64,000 nt of DNA from an uncultured virus (IMG/VR IMGVR_UViG_2858656345_000001) (lineage: Duplodnaviria > Heunggongvirae > Uroviricota > Caudoviricetes). A model generated the notes under the pieces. The model saw nothing but the letters and a program-made list of their open reading frames with translations, searched no databases and was not told the origin of the DNA. The DNA lies in IMG/VR virus record IMGVR_UViG_2858656345_000001. One strand, 5' to 3'. Made by a program: the position numbers and the translations under genes. Positions 50,357 to 59,502 of the stretch are shown here, one piece after another; the first letter of the stretch is position 1; every line of letters begins with the position of its first letter.

Positions 50357-51197
50357 AGCCGCTTACTTTGTCTGTCTGCCATCCGAGGTCTGTGCTCATG
50401 ACCTCCTCCCTTACGCGTATCAGGTCATCCTCGATGAATCCGTCGATAGAGCCATCGACCAGCACCATCCGGAGGCGTTCCATGACGGCCTTTTCCTCCT
50501 CTGTGGCGTTGAATGAGTAATAGTTTGCAGCAGCCTCGAAGTTTATCTTGATGAAGCGATAAGCAAACATCCTCATTGCTCTCTTCTGCTCTTCGCTCAG
50601 TGAGCTTTCCTCGATGACGCGAAGTTTTGCGTTGAATTTTTCGACATCGTAGCAGTCTTGCAGCTGTAGGCTGGGGATGATCTTCGGCTCGTAATACATG
50701 CCTGTAAACGCCAGCTCGCTCAGCCGTTTGGTTTCCGATTCCTTACCTCCGGTGCTGCTGTCCAATCCGTCTTCTATCTCTTTCATGGCGACGCCCCAGT
50801 CCTCCGGATCGAAGTCGAACTGCTCAACACATTGCGCGATTACCTCCTCATCCCATGCGAGGTTTGCCTTACCGGTTGCGTTGTCAGCGAGTGCAAGCTC
50901 GCGGCCTTTTTGGCTGTCGAGGTCTACGTCCTTTCGCTTTACAGCTACAAGCGTATTCCCATCCGTTTCGACGACGACAACCTTATCAAAGCCCAGTTCG
51001 CCGGCCTTTTCTGCGGTCTTGTTGCCTGCTATAATGCGGTTGTTCTTGTCGATAAGGATCGATCGCCCAAGTCCGAACTTTCGCAGGCTTTCGTCCATCA
51101 GGTGGCTACCGAACTCAGTCCCCTTATTGAAGTTCTTATCGTCCGGGATGAGCTGGTCGATCGACACGGTCTTTATGTCTGCGTCTTTAGCTTTCAT
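50340..51197 (-). CDS. ParB-like N-terminal domain protein fused to helical domain, partner of the glycosyltransferase
   Basis: IDQLIPDDKNFN, SLRKFG..RSILID..NRIIAGN, LALADN; YYEPK...ANYY...MERL..VLVD. Confidence 0.7.
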   Translation of the reverse strand: MKAKDADIKTVSIDQLIPDDKNFNKGTEFGSHLMDESLRKFGLGRSILIDKNNRIIAGNKTAEKAGELGFDKVVVVETDGNTLVAVKRKDVDLDSQKGRELALADNATGKANLAWDEEVIAQCVEQFDFDPEDWGVAMKEIEDGLDSSTGGKESETKRLSELAFTGMYYEPKIIPSLQLQDCYDVEKFNAKLRVIEESSLSEEQKRAMRMFAYRFIKINFEAAANYYSFNATEEEKAVMERLRMVLVDGSIDGFIEDDLIRVREEVMSTDLGWQTDKVSGYDYED

Positions 51198-51253
51198 TGC
51201 TTAAAATTTCGCCCGAAACAAACAGCGGTTTCGTGCTCGTCTACAATACCTTG

Positions 51254-51310
51254 TAAAGGTATTCCGTGTTTTAATATAAAACACAGCTCGGTGAAAAAAG
51301 ATATGCTTTA
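51254..51310 (-). promoter_or_regulatory. Late promoter of packaging operon with palindromic operator
   Basis: GTGTTTTAATATAAAACAC at 51266-51284; near -7 box TACCTTTA at 51254-51261. Confidence 0.65.
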
Positions 51311-51805
51311 CTTATTCCTCCCGACGCGTATTGGAAGACCGGAGAATACCCATGCGAGGAGTGCGGCATCTCGTGCGTCTTGATTCGTCCGCCCCTTTAT
51401 GCCTGTGAACGAGACCAGCTCTTCGTGCGTGATCTTTCCATCCTTGCCCCTCCAGCACTTCCTGAGCGGCGCGTGTTCTAAGACCTCGATGCCGAGGTGC
51501 CGGCACATTTCGGCAATCTTCCTGCCGGTCTCATGGTTCCTGCCCACGTCGTAGCCCTTAGATGCGGCCCTCTGTCGCCTCTCCCATGACGACAGGTGCC
51601 AATTCCCTTGGATCAGCCAGCTTGCCTCGACGAGTACGATAAGCGTCTCTGTTCCATTGCTCCGGTTTGCTTGTTGCAAGTAGTCGATTACCTGCGGAAA
51701 GGTGAGGTTTGAGACCTCCAACAGTCCGGTCGCCGGCTTCAAGAACGCAACACCGGAACGGGAGACGTCGGGATCTATAGCTATAATGTTGTCGTATCGC
51801 TTCAT
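51308..51805 (-). CDS. RuvC-like Holliday junction resolvase
   Basis: IIAIDPD, VLVE, NQDARDAALL. Confidence 0.65.
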   Translation of the reverse strand: MKRYDNIIAIDPDVSRSGVAFLKPATGLLEVSNLTFPQVIDYLQQANRSNGTETLIVLVEASWLIQGNWHLSSWERRQRAASKGYDVGRNHETGRKIAEMCRHLGIEVLEHAPLRKCWRGKDGKITHEELVSFTGIKGRTNQDARDAALLAWVFSGLPIRVGRNK

Positions 51806-51823
51806 CTTATCAATCTATTATTA

Positions 51824-52093
51824 CTATACACCATGCTCAAAATAATCTCCCCATTGGTCTTGGTCTGCACCATCATAATCTCCAGCGCTTTGTCCGCGGT
51901 CTGTTTCCATCCATACATTCCACAACCCACGTCTTATGTTGTTGCGCTCAACGCGCTCTTTGCTGTAGCATGGTCTGCCTTGCTCTCTTTTTCTTGCTGC
52001 ACAGCTTTTTGAGCAACAAAGCCCCCATCCACGTTTGAGGTTGCGGCTGTCAGCCTCGTATTCCTTTCCGCAATAGTCACACTTTCGCTTCAT
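51824..52093 (-). CDS. Small zinc-finger protein
   Basis: CDYC...CCSKSC. Confidence 0.6.
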   Translation of the reverse strand: MKRKCDYCGKEYEADSRNLKRGWGLCCSKSCAARKREQGRPCYSKERVERNNIRRGLWNVWMETDRGQSAGDYDGADQDQWGDYFEHGV

Positions 52094-52120
52094 CCTGTCG
52101 GGTTATTTAATAGGGGAATT

Positions 52121-52786
52121 TTAATCCTCCAAAATCTCGAAATCGTAAGCAAACACGTACGGATTGCTCCCCCATGTGCCTTTTCCGGAAAGCGCGTCTA
52201 TCAAGTGCGCATAGGCATCGCGAGGTGTTGGGAATAATTTCATACAACCCCTTTCAGTTTCTCTGTGTGGTTCTTTTTGCCAGTTTCTTACCTTTAAGCC
52301 ATCGACATAGAATCCAATACTTGCTTCCTGAATACCCTCCAGCAAACATTCATCATCGGTAATCTCTTGCAGGCACTGTATCCGCACATCGGTTATTTCG
52401 ATTCGTCTGGGCATGTATTTAGGTTTTACGAACATCTTATTATTCCAACCCTTTTCTCCCTCTAAATCCTTTCTAAAATCTGCCACAGACATTCCCGCTG
52501 GCAGATTTCGTTTATACGTCTCCCAGTCATACAAAAAACCAATATACATATCCGAATATCGCTGGGCGATGGCCACAATTTCGCCCTTTTTGTATTGTGC
52601 GAAACTGGTATCACGAATATCCCAAAAATCTCCATAGCGATCTTGCGTGTAGATTATCTTCGGGCTTTCAAATGTTTCTTCGACATCCCAGATCAACGAA
52701 AACACCGCTTTAGGAACGAATCTCCGCGTCTGCCTTTTTCTCCCTTCCAAGACCGCTTGCGTCAAAAGAAAGCGGTCGTTAAACAT
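52121..52786 (-). CDS. Phage protein, ASCH/PUA-like
   Basis: AVLEGRKRQTRR, MPRRIEITDVRIQCLQEI..ECLLEG, WGSNPYVFAY. Confidence 0.65.
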   Translation of the reverse strand: MFNDRFLLTQAVLEGRKRQTRRFVPKAVFSLIWDVEETFESPKIIYTQDRYGDFWDIRDTSFAQYKKGEIVAIAQRYSDMYIGFLYDWETYKRNLPAGMSVADFRKDLEGEKGWNNKMFVKPKYMPRRIEITDVRIQCLQEITDDECLLEGIQEASIGFYVDGLKVRNWQKEPHRETERGCMKLFPTPRDAYAHLIDALSGKGTWGSNPYVFAYDFEILED

Positions 52787-52793
52787 TATTTTT

Positions 52794-53246
52794 TCATATT
52801 ATTTCTTCGTTATAGAAATCCTCCAATTTATTGTCGTGAATGTTGCCGATTATTTCGATGGCACTACCACCGAACCCGTCGTGGTTGTAAGCCCTGTTTA
52901 ATGACAGCTCTACTCCATCATTACCAGCGATATATTGAGCTTCTTCGTTACTCCAATACACCTCTGCGACCCTTGAGTCTCCAATTTTCACAATATCCCC
53001 CTCGTATATTTCCTTGCCGTTTCGGTCTTTCAGTCCGGCGTATTGGCCTATTGAGTCGGGGTATACCTCCAAGAGCCCATGGACGAAATGTCCGATGATC
53101 TCTGGGTCTCCGCCTTCAAATACCCCAGCATATTCATCTGTATCCTCAAATAGATACGCATTTCCATTTGTTTGAATTACAGCATTTCCATAACCCCACA
53201 GATACCCACCTGTTGTGGGTTTTGCTCTAAATTTGATTTCTCTCAT
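52794..53246 (-). CDS. YopX family protein
   Basis: MREIKFRAK, GQYAGLKDRNGKEIYEGDIV, EIIGNIHDN. Confidence 0.9.
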   Translation of the reverse strand: MREIKFRAKPTTGGYLWGYGNAVIQTNGNAYLFEDTDEYAGVFEGGDPEIIGHFVHGLLEVYPDSIGQYAGLKDRNGKEIYEGDIVKIGDSRVAEVYWSNEEAQYIAGNDGVELSLNRAYNHDGFGGSAIEIIGNIHDNKLEDFYNEEII

Positions 53247-53262
53247 AGTTTTGTGTGTTAAG

Positions 53263-53683
53263 TCAAAATAAATATCCACTACTCTCCTGTGTGTAGTCTA
53301 CTAAATCCTCAGCAGCAAACAACTGCGGTACGGACTGTTGTTTCATCAGCCGCTCCTTGGCTGCGCTGTAATACTCCGGGTCAAGCTCTATACCTGTGAG
53401 CTCAAAGCCCATCGCATCAGCTGCAAGGCAGATAGAGCCACTTCCCAAGTGGGTATCAAGGATTCTATCCCCACTCCTTGCGTATCTTTTTAGCAGCCAC
53501 GCGTATAAAGCGACGGGCTTTTGACAAGGGTGAACCCTTTTCTCCTCCGGCTTTTGAGTACGGAGGATCGACAATGGCCAAGTCGAAAGCGTTATCCGGC
53601 AGCTCCCTCAACACGTCCATGCAGTCGGCGTTGATGAGACGGATCTTATTCAGATGTTCGATTCTAATCATAAATCCTTTCAA
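53263..53683 (-). pseudogene. Beta-class N6/N4 DNA methyltransferase with internal deletion and frameshift
   Basis: NADCMD..DLAIVDPPY in one frame, HPCQKP..ILDTHLGSGS..GIELD in another, with the intervening region missing. Confidence 0.8.
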
Positions 53684-54473
53684 ATTTCAATTCGTCAGAG
53701 GCAAACCGTATAGTGTTTGTCTCTCGGATTCGGTATATTGCCTTGTCTGATAGCTGGCACTCAATGGTGTCATGTGACGTAACGTAGGCGTTGCCACAAG
53801 CCTCCACCGTTGCACTGTCACAAGCCTCCACCGTTGCACTGCCCCAGGCCCGAACCGTTGCACTGCCCCAGGCCCGAACCGTTGCACTGTCNNNNNNNNN
53901 NNNNNNNNNNNNNNNNNNNNNNNNNNNNNNNNNNNNNNNNNNNNNNNNNNNNNNNNNNNNNNNNNNNNNNNNNNNNNNNNNNNNNNNNNNNNNNNNNNNN
54001 NNNNNNNNNNNNNNNNNNNNNNNNNNNNNNNNNNNNNNNNNNNNNNNNNNNNNNNNNNNNNNNNNNNNNNNNNNNNNNNNNNNNNNNNNNNNNNNNNNNN
54101 NNNNNNNNNNNNNNNNNNNNNNNNNNNNNNNNNNNNNNNNNNNNNNNNNNNNNNNNNNNNNNNNNNNNNNNNNNNNNNNNNNNNNNNNNNNNNNNNNNNN
54201 NNNNNNNNNNNNNNNNNNNAATAAATAGCCGGAATCTACCGATTCATTGCAGTGGATTCCATGTTCCGTAAATAGATCCCTGTATTCCTTTATGAGAGGT
54301 ACAGTAAGCACCTTGTTTGTCACACACCAGTGGAAATTGTCCTTGATTACCTCCATTAGCTCCTCTGGCGTTTCAGAAGAATACGCTCTTCCATATTGCT
54401 CTCGACAGGCTTCGGCGATTCTCGCGCTTGCAAGGATTGTTTCTTTTAGTTCTAAAAAATTGTTTGTTTTCAT
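53664..54473 (-). CDS. Hypothetical protein with 8-aa tandem repeats (SATVxAxx), spans assembly gap
   Basis: 24-bp repeats at ~53795-53891 run into the N gap. Confidence 0.6.
   Translation of the reverse strand: MKTNNFLELKETILASARIAEACREQYGRAYSSETPEELMEVIKDNFHWCVTNKVLTVPLIKEYRDLFTEHGIHCNESVDSGYLXXXXXXXXXXXXXXXXXXXXXXXXXXXXXXXXXXXXXXXXXXXXXXXXXXXXXXXXXXXXXXXXXXXXXXXXXXXXXXXXXXXXXXXXXXXXXXXXXXXXXXXXXXXXXXDSATVRAWGSATVRAWGSATVEACDSATVEACGNAYVTSHDTIECQLSDKAIYRIRETNTIRFASDELKFERIYD
53892..54219. other. Assembly gap (N run)
   Basis: Direct reading. Confidence 1.
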
Positions 54474-54505
54474 TGTCTTAGTTGTTTTCTGTTTCTTTTT
54501 TACTG

Positions 54506-54691
54506 TTAGTCGAACAAATCTCGGGCAATCGGTTGCCCTTTTATAATCTCGTTAACTCGCTGTATTTCCGCATCGACTGCTCTTTCAAGTTGCTTTGATT
54601 CAGCCAAAGCCGATGGACTCTTCGTTCGGAAGAACTCCTTTTGTGTAGCTCTCATGTTGCCAACAAGTTCAAAGAACAATTTCGCGTTCAT
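54506..54691 (-). CDS. Hypothetical phage protein
   Basis: 61 aa, ATGA-coupled. Confidence 0.6.
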   Translation of the reverse strand: MNAKLFFELVGNMRATQKEFFRTKSPSALAESKQLERAVDAEIQRVNEIIKGQPIARDLFD

Positions 54692-55290
54692 TTCTCGATA
54701 GTATTACTTGTCGATAGTATTTCATTCGCCTTATCTGCCATACTACGAAAATACCCGTTGAACCGGTATTCGTCGGGGTATTTGTTTATCATATGCAGCA
54801 TAGAGGAGATGTCTCGGTTTATGAATCTTGCGACGTCATCCAGCTTCAGATTTGCTGCCTTACAGTGGTGCACAAACAATATTCGGGCGAAGAATTTATT
54901 CCTCTTTCGGCTCTTCGTATTGTAGTCGTTGAGCTGTAGACCTGTGGCCTCATGGATAGCGTTCTGAATCCGCAGGAGCGAACCCTGCGTGTTCTTGACG
55001 TTCGATTCGAACAGGACTATCTTGCACGTTCGAATAGCGAAATCGTATTCGATTGTAGCACCTACACTGTCCATCCACCCGTCAAGCATGTAGATTGCAC
55101 TACATTCGTGAAGCATCTTAATGTCATTGCACATGTGGTCTATCCATGCGTCGCTTCTGCTTAGCCTGTTCTTCAGAGGGTTTACAGGCTCCAGCGACAA
55201 GCTTGTCAAGAACTCCTCGGCGAGTCCGAACCGCCTCTTTACAGTGTCGTAGCTTATGCCGGTTATACGGCCGCTTATGTACACTTTCAT
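54688..55290 (-). CDS. DUF4406-like protein with C-terminal HTH (DnaA C-terminal-like)
   Basis: KVYISGRITG, CSAIYMLDGW.DS.GA.IE. Confidence 0.7.
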   Translation of the reverse strand: MKVYISGRITGISYDTVKRRFGLAEEFLTSLSLEPVNPLKNRLSRSDAWIDHMCNDIKMLHECSAIYMLDGWMDSVGATIEYDFAIRTCKIVLFESNVKNTQGSLLRIQNAIHEATGLQLNDYNTKSRKRNKFFARILFVHHCKAANLKLDDVARFINRDISSMLHMINKYPDEYRFNGYFRSMADKANEILSTSNTIEK

Positions 55291-55508
55291 TGCAGCGGTG
55301 TGTTTATTCCGGCTGGGAGCTTACCGACTTCTATCGCAAGCTTCGCCCCACCGGTAATTTCTTCCAGCAGTCGTTCCTCGCTCTCGATTAGGCCCTCCGA
55401 ATCGTCATCGTAGAGCTTGTATATCTCGAAGAGTTCTACGTCCCATATTTTCCGAGCCTCCTCGGCACTTATACACTTCCACACGAAGCCATCTTTCGTT
55501 ATTTTCAT
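55287..55508 (-). CDS. Hypothetical phage protein
   Basis: Coupled ORF. Confidence 0.55.
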   Translation of the reverse strand: MKITKDGFVWKCISAEEARKIWDVELFEIYKLYDDDSEGLIESEERLLEEITGGAKLAIEVGKLPAGINTPLQ

Positions 55509-56239
55509 ACTTTTTTTCTTCTGTCTTTACCTTTTATTTCGAGATAATTGCACATTTCACAGAGACGCGATTGCACGCGGTCTCCGTAGTCGTTTCTCAG
55601 CCTTTCGCTCGATATTCGCAGGTTTGAGGTTATCAGCGTCAGCTTTCCGTCACAGTCTCCTCGATATTCGAGCAGCTGTTGCAGTACGTTTTGCCTATTG
55701 CCCATGTAGAGTATCTCACGCGGCTCCTGCCCCAAGTCCTGAATTCCGAGGATCGGAACGCTCCTAAACTTTGCGATGTCGCCTGTCGAAGCATATTCTT
55801 GACAAATAGCGTCTGCCCTGCTTGTTACCCAAAACAGATTCACGATAGACCTTTCCGCGCGCGCCTCGCTTAGCCCCACTTGGAAACCCCAAGCACGAGA
55901 GTAGGTCAGCATGACATCCAAGCACCAAGATTTGCCTGAGCCGGTATTGCCAGCGATATAGATTCCGCGATTTATGTCCCCCTGCACGACCTTGCCCGTA
56001 ATCGGGTCTATGGCTTGCATGGCAGGGTCTGCATGGCACCACCGGATGAAGTTCTCGTAAGCAAATCGGTTTTCTTCGTCTATAGCGAAATCCCTGTTGC
56101 GGATTCGGCCTATTGCAGTTACGACTTCAAGGGCATTGCCCATATCGTAGTCCGTAACGGGCACCCTTTCGATTCCGGCGTACAGCCTGTTCGCTTTCAC
56201 GAACTCAAGCACGTCTTCAATCTTTAGGATTTGACTCAT
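55505..56239 (-). CDS. DnaC/IstB-like helicase loader ATPase
   Basis: GIYIAGNTGSGKS, IQDLGQE, TLITSNL, YGDRVQSRL.EM. Confidence 0.85.
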   Translation of the reverse strand: MSQILKIEDVLEFVKANRLYAGIERVPVTDYDMGNALEVVTAIGRIRNRDFAIDEENRFAYENFIRWCHADPAMQAIDPITGKVVQGDINRGIYIAGNTGSGKSWCLDVMLTYSRAWGFQVGLSEARAERSIVNLFWVTSRADAICQEYASTGDIAKFRSVPILGIQDLGQEPREILYMGNRQNVLQQLLEYRGDCDGKLTLITSNLRISSERLRNDYGDRVQSRLCEMCNYLEIKGKDRRKKV

Positions 56240-56946
56240 AACCATTCGTCGTTTATGGAATTTGCGGAATTAGTTCCTTGTGGTCGTGGGCTGTGAACAG
56301 TATTGTTGCCCTTGCTCCAAGTGCGGACGGCGGCTTTCCAGTCTTTCATTTTGTTCTTGCCGACCATCCACCCTTTCGAGGTGTAGAAGTCGATGAAGCG
56401 TTCGGCGTCTACAGCGTACCCCTTTTCAAGAATATAAGCCTTAACTTCTTCAGTGGTCGGTGGCACAAACGCTGTGCGTTTTGCCCCTATATATTCTACT
56501 TCGTTAGAAGTAGATATATATTCTTTATCTTTATCTTTATCTTTATTCTTTGTATCAGTTTGTAATACATTTGTATTTGTTTCCTTTTTTCTGTAAGTCT
56601 TAGTGGTTCTTTCCCAGCGAGTTGCGATTGCAGACTTCCGCTTATCTGAAATCTCCTTGCGCTTATCTAAGCGAGCATTTACGGAGTTCGACCAAAAAAA
56701 GTTTCCGTCATTTTCAAATAATCCGAAGTCCAAAACGACGCTTTCTATCAATTCTCTCTCTTCGTGTAATTCAAAAGAAATACAACTGTATTCATCAGTC
56801 GGTATTTTCCCGTCTCGCTCATAAAGCAACTCTATGATACACCAATATGCACCGATTCCGGATAGCCCGTGTTTTTGCATCAGGCGTATCAGTTTCGGAT
56901 CTCTTCGTGCGTTATAGTCGTGCGGAAAGTATAATGTATCTTTCAT
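56236..56946 (-). CDS. Phage replication initiator (DUF4373/Lin1244-like N-terminus)
   Basis: YFPHDYNARRDPKL..G.YW.IIE.L; FVPPT.EEV; FIDFY...W...MKDWKAAVRTW. Confidence 0.85.
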   Translation of the reverse strand: MKDTLYFPHDYNARRDPKLIRLMQKHGLSGIGAYWCIIELLYERDGKIPTDEYSCISFELHEERELIESVVLDFGLFENDGNFFWSNSVNARLDKRKEISDKRKSAIATRWERTTKTYRKKETNTNVLQTDTKNKDKDKDKEYISTSNEVEYIGAKRTAFVPPTTEEVKAYILEKGYAVDAERFIDFYTSKGWMVGKNKMKDWKAAVRTWSKGNNTVHSPRPQGTNSANSINDEWL

Positions 56947-57007
56947 TGCCTATTGTGGTTGTCCGCCTCGGCTGACTTTTTATATCGGCCAAGGCGGTTG
57001 CTAATTA

Positions 57008-57436
57008 TTACTTCTCTGCGAACACCTCAAGTATCTTAGTCTCCTCGACCTTTTCTACGATGTAGTCGGAAATAGAACCTTTCATGTGTTCGTCCACGCG
57101 TTTGTGGGCATCCATAGCTGTATCAGCATTGACTAACAAGTCAAAAGGGCTCTTTTTCTCTCTTCCGCTCTTTTCGTCGAGCGTCACCAGATTGAGCTTG
57201 CAGTGGAACCACTTTTCCGCTGCATCTTCTTGTCCCCGGAGAACTTCTGCATAGTTCTTTCGGGCTATTGCAACTATGTCGAAATCGCCGCTTGCAGTTG
57301 GGGCTATATACTCCTGCACAGTCCTTTCTGCTACTCCGAAACAGTCCGTTTCAACTAAATAGACCTCGGAAACTTGTTTTAAGCTTCCATCCTCTTGCAC
57401 CTTATCAAGGCGCGCTTTTACTTGACAGTAAATCAT
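57008..57436 (-). CDS. DUF4494-like protein
   Basis: VSEVYLV, KWFHCKL..TLDEKSGREKK, VEETKILEV. Confidence 0.75.
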   Translation of the reverse strand: MIYCQVKARLDKVQEDGSLKQVSEVYLVETDCFGVAERTVQEYIAPTASGDFDIVAIARKNYAEVLRGQEDAAEKWFHCKLNLVTLDEKSGREKKSPFDLLVNADTAMDAHKRVDEHMKGSISDYIVEKVEETKILEVFAEK

Positions 57437-57440
57437 TTCT

Positions 57441-57938
57441 TTATTGTTTTATGAATAATATCCAGTGGGTGTTTGAGCGCTTTCCACTCTTGTGACCCAA
57501 CACGGGCTTCTGCTCTGTTAGCTTGAGTATTTCCGACAGGGGGATGTCGGTTTCGTTCCACTTGAATACAAGTAGCCCGTTAGGCTTTAGCACCCGAAAG
57601 CATTCCCCAAACCCCCTCCTTAGCGTATCTCTCCAATCGCTGTCGAGATGTCCGTATTTTACCATCTGCCACCCGTTGAGCTCTTTTTTTGAGCCGGTAT
57701 ATTTGAGGTGTGGCGGGTCAAACACAACAGCAGAAAAAGATAAATCCGGGTAGGGCATACTCGTGAAATCAGCGATGACGTCTGGTTTAACGACAAATTC
57801 GCGGCCATCGCAAAGGGTGGTCTCTACCTCCCTTATATCCTGAAACAGGACACGTGGATCCTGCTTGTCGAAGTAAAACATCTTCCCTCCGCAGCAAGCA
57901 TCAAGTATTGGCTTTGTATCCATCAGTCCTGAAATCAT
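57441..57938 (-). CDS. Small SAM-dependent (DNA) methyltransferase
   Basis: ILDACCGGKMF, VVFDPPH, ECFRVLKPNG. Confidence 0.8.
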   Translation of the reverse strand: MISGLMDTKPILDACCGGKMFYFDKQDPRVLFQDIREVETTLCDGREFVVKPDVIADFTSMPYPDLSFSAVVFDPPHLKYTGSKKELNGWQMVKYGHLDSDWRDTLRRGFGECFRVLKPNGLLVFKWNETDIPLSEILKLTEQKPVLGHKSGKRSNTHWILFIKQ

Positions 57939-58282
57939 CTTAGTCTTAGCTCCTCTATCAAGGCATCGGCGCAGGCAATAGCATATCGGGAGACAGCCTT
58001 GGGGGTGGTGCGTTTTTCTCCTTTTAAGTATATTGCTTCTGTGCAGGCATACCCCGTTTGTTCGTCACTGCTAAGGATGCCAGCCATAGCCTCCTTGGCT
58101 ATTTCGTACCGCCGCTGCTCCCAGTCGATGGTTGGCTCATCAAGAATAAGCTCTACATCATCGAGACTTTTTGTGTCATATTCTCCAAATGAGTTGTTCC
58201 CACCGTATTCGATACAGTAGTTATGTTTACTGTAGTTGATAACCTCTACTATCTCGCCTGTCTCTTTAATCCTCGCTTTCAT
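57935..58282 (-). CDS. Hypothetical phage protein
   Basis: IDWEQRRYEIAK...ADALIEEL motif. Confidence 0.7.
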   Translation of the reverse strand: MKARIKETGEIVEVINYSKHNYCIEYGGNNSFGEYDTKSLDDVELILDEPTIDWEQRRYEIAKEAMAGILSSDEQTGYACTEAIYLKGEKRTTPKAVSRYAIACADALIEELRLR

Positions 58283-58287
58283 TTTTT

Positions 58288-58755
58288 TTATTCTTTTGCT
58301 GTTATCCCAAATACGCTCTCAAGCAGCCTCCTCGCTGCTTTCTGCTTTGCTTCTTTCTGATTACATCCGCTTGCTCTTTCCTCTGTTCCATCTGGCAGCA
58401 CGATGGACACAGTGATCGTGGGGCAATGGTCTTGCCCGTTCTTCGCGATCACACGCGCTTCAAGACTCCTCCCGAAGCGCTTTTGCACAAGCTCCGATAG
58501 GACTATAATCGGGTTGCCTGTTGGTGCCGGTATAGGTGCTTGTTTTTGACCAGACAAGACGCCGCTCTCGATCTTCTCGGCTATCCCCTTTATGAAGAAG
58601 TGAAGACGATCGGCACTAACAGTTTTTGTTTTGCATGAATCCAGCAGCAACTGCGTGGACTTGGGGTCGTTCTTAACACGGCAAGTGTATTTGCCGTTTT
58701 CTTGCTGGTAGAACTCCACTTCTACACCGTGGAGCGTCTTTGTTATTGTTGTCAT
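58288..58755 (-). CDS. Protein with C-terminal double-stranded RNA-binding domain
   Basis: NPIIVLSELVQK...GQDHCPTITVSI...ASGCNQKEAKQKAARRLL matches dsRBD consensus. Confidence 0.75.
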   Translation of the reverse strand: MTTITKTLHGVEVEFYQQENGKYTCRVKNDPKSTQLLLDSCKTKTVSADRLHFFIKGIAEKIESGVLSGQKQAPIPAPTGNPIIVLSELVQKRFGRSLEARVIAKNGQDHCPTITVSIVLPDGTEERASGCNQKEAKQKAARRLLESVFGITAKE

Positions 58756-58758
58756 TTT

Positions 58759-59502
58759 TTAGAAAGGTGTTTTATTAAATTCTATTTCCGTCCCTGCGTC
58801 GGCTATATGCACGTTCTTGCAGGTCAGTTCTCGTATTCCATGCTTGAACTCCTCTGCCCTGCTGTTTGCGTCGGAGAGGTGTATCAATACGATGTTGTTT
58901 ACCTCCGACAGATCGTTGGCAGCAAGGACTTCCTTGCACGTTTCGTAGCTCATGTGGCTCTGTAGCGTCCTATCTCGTTGTTGCTTACTTATGCGACCCT
59001 GCTTGTAGTTGTCCTCCAGCAGGGTACTATCGTAGTTGCATTCGAGCAGGATGTTCGCAAGCCCTTTGAACTTGTACTTGAGGTAGTAGGTATCCGTTGC
59101 GAATAGCACCGTTCCCATCTCTTCGTGATAGATAAGGAAGCCGAAAGGCTCGGCAGCATCGTGCTGCACCTCGAACGGCAAGACAACAAAGCTTCCTATA
59201 ACCTGCTTGCGATTCGGGATTAGCATCTCCATCTTGGGGCGGCTTACACCACCCTCGATGGAAACGATCGTACCGGAAGAAGCCCACACGGGAATCCGCG
59301 CTCTCAAGAACGACTTAACGTGCTTTGCGTGGTCTCCATGCTCGTGAGAGACAAGGCAGCCAGCAATCCGTGCAATATCGAAATCGACTGCCTTTTGAAT
59401 CTCACGGAATGGTATCCCACACTCAACGACAAGGCACTCCTTCTCGTTGTCAAACAGATAGCAGTTTCCTGCTGAGCTACTTCCGAGTACTTTTAGTTTC
59501 AT
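58759..59502 (-). CDS. MBL-fold metallohydrolase (YycJ-like exonuclease)
   Basis: LGSSSAGN, SHEHGDH, HDAAEP, ATDT, ECNY, SHMS, LIHLS. Confidence 0.88.
   Translation of the reverse strand: MKLKVLGSSSAGNCYLFDNEKECLVVECGIPFREIQKAVDFDIARIAGCLVSHEHGDHAKHVKSFLRARIPVWASSGTIVSIEGGVSRPKMEMLIPNRKQVIGSFVVLPFEVQHDAAEPFGFLIYHEEMGTVLFATDTYYLKYKFKGLANILLECNYDSTLLEDNYKQGRISKQQRDRTLQSHMSYETCKEVLAANDLSEVNNIVLIHLSDANSRAEEFKHGIRELTCKNVHIADAGTEIEFNKTPF

Noticed and set aside
52786..52797. ATG AAA AAA TAA upstream of the 52121-52786 gene (one A short of MKKIMFND)
   Set aside because: Possible homopolymer error or minor slip; an ATG immediately downstream preserves the ORF
53795..53891. 24-bp repeats next to the gap as CRISPR
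   Set aside because: Contiguous in-frame coding repeats without unique spacers
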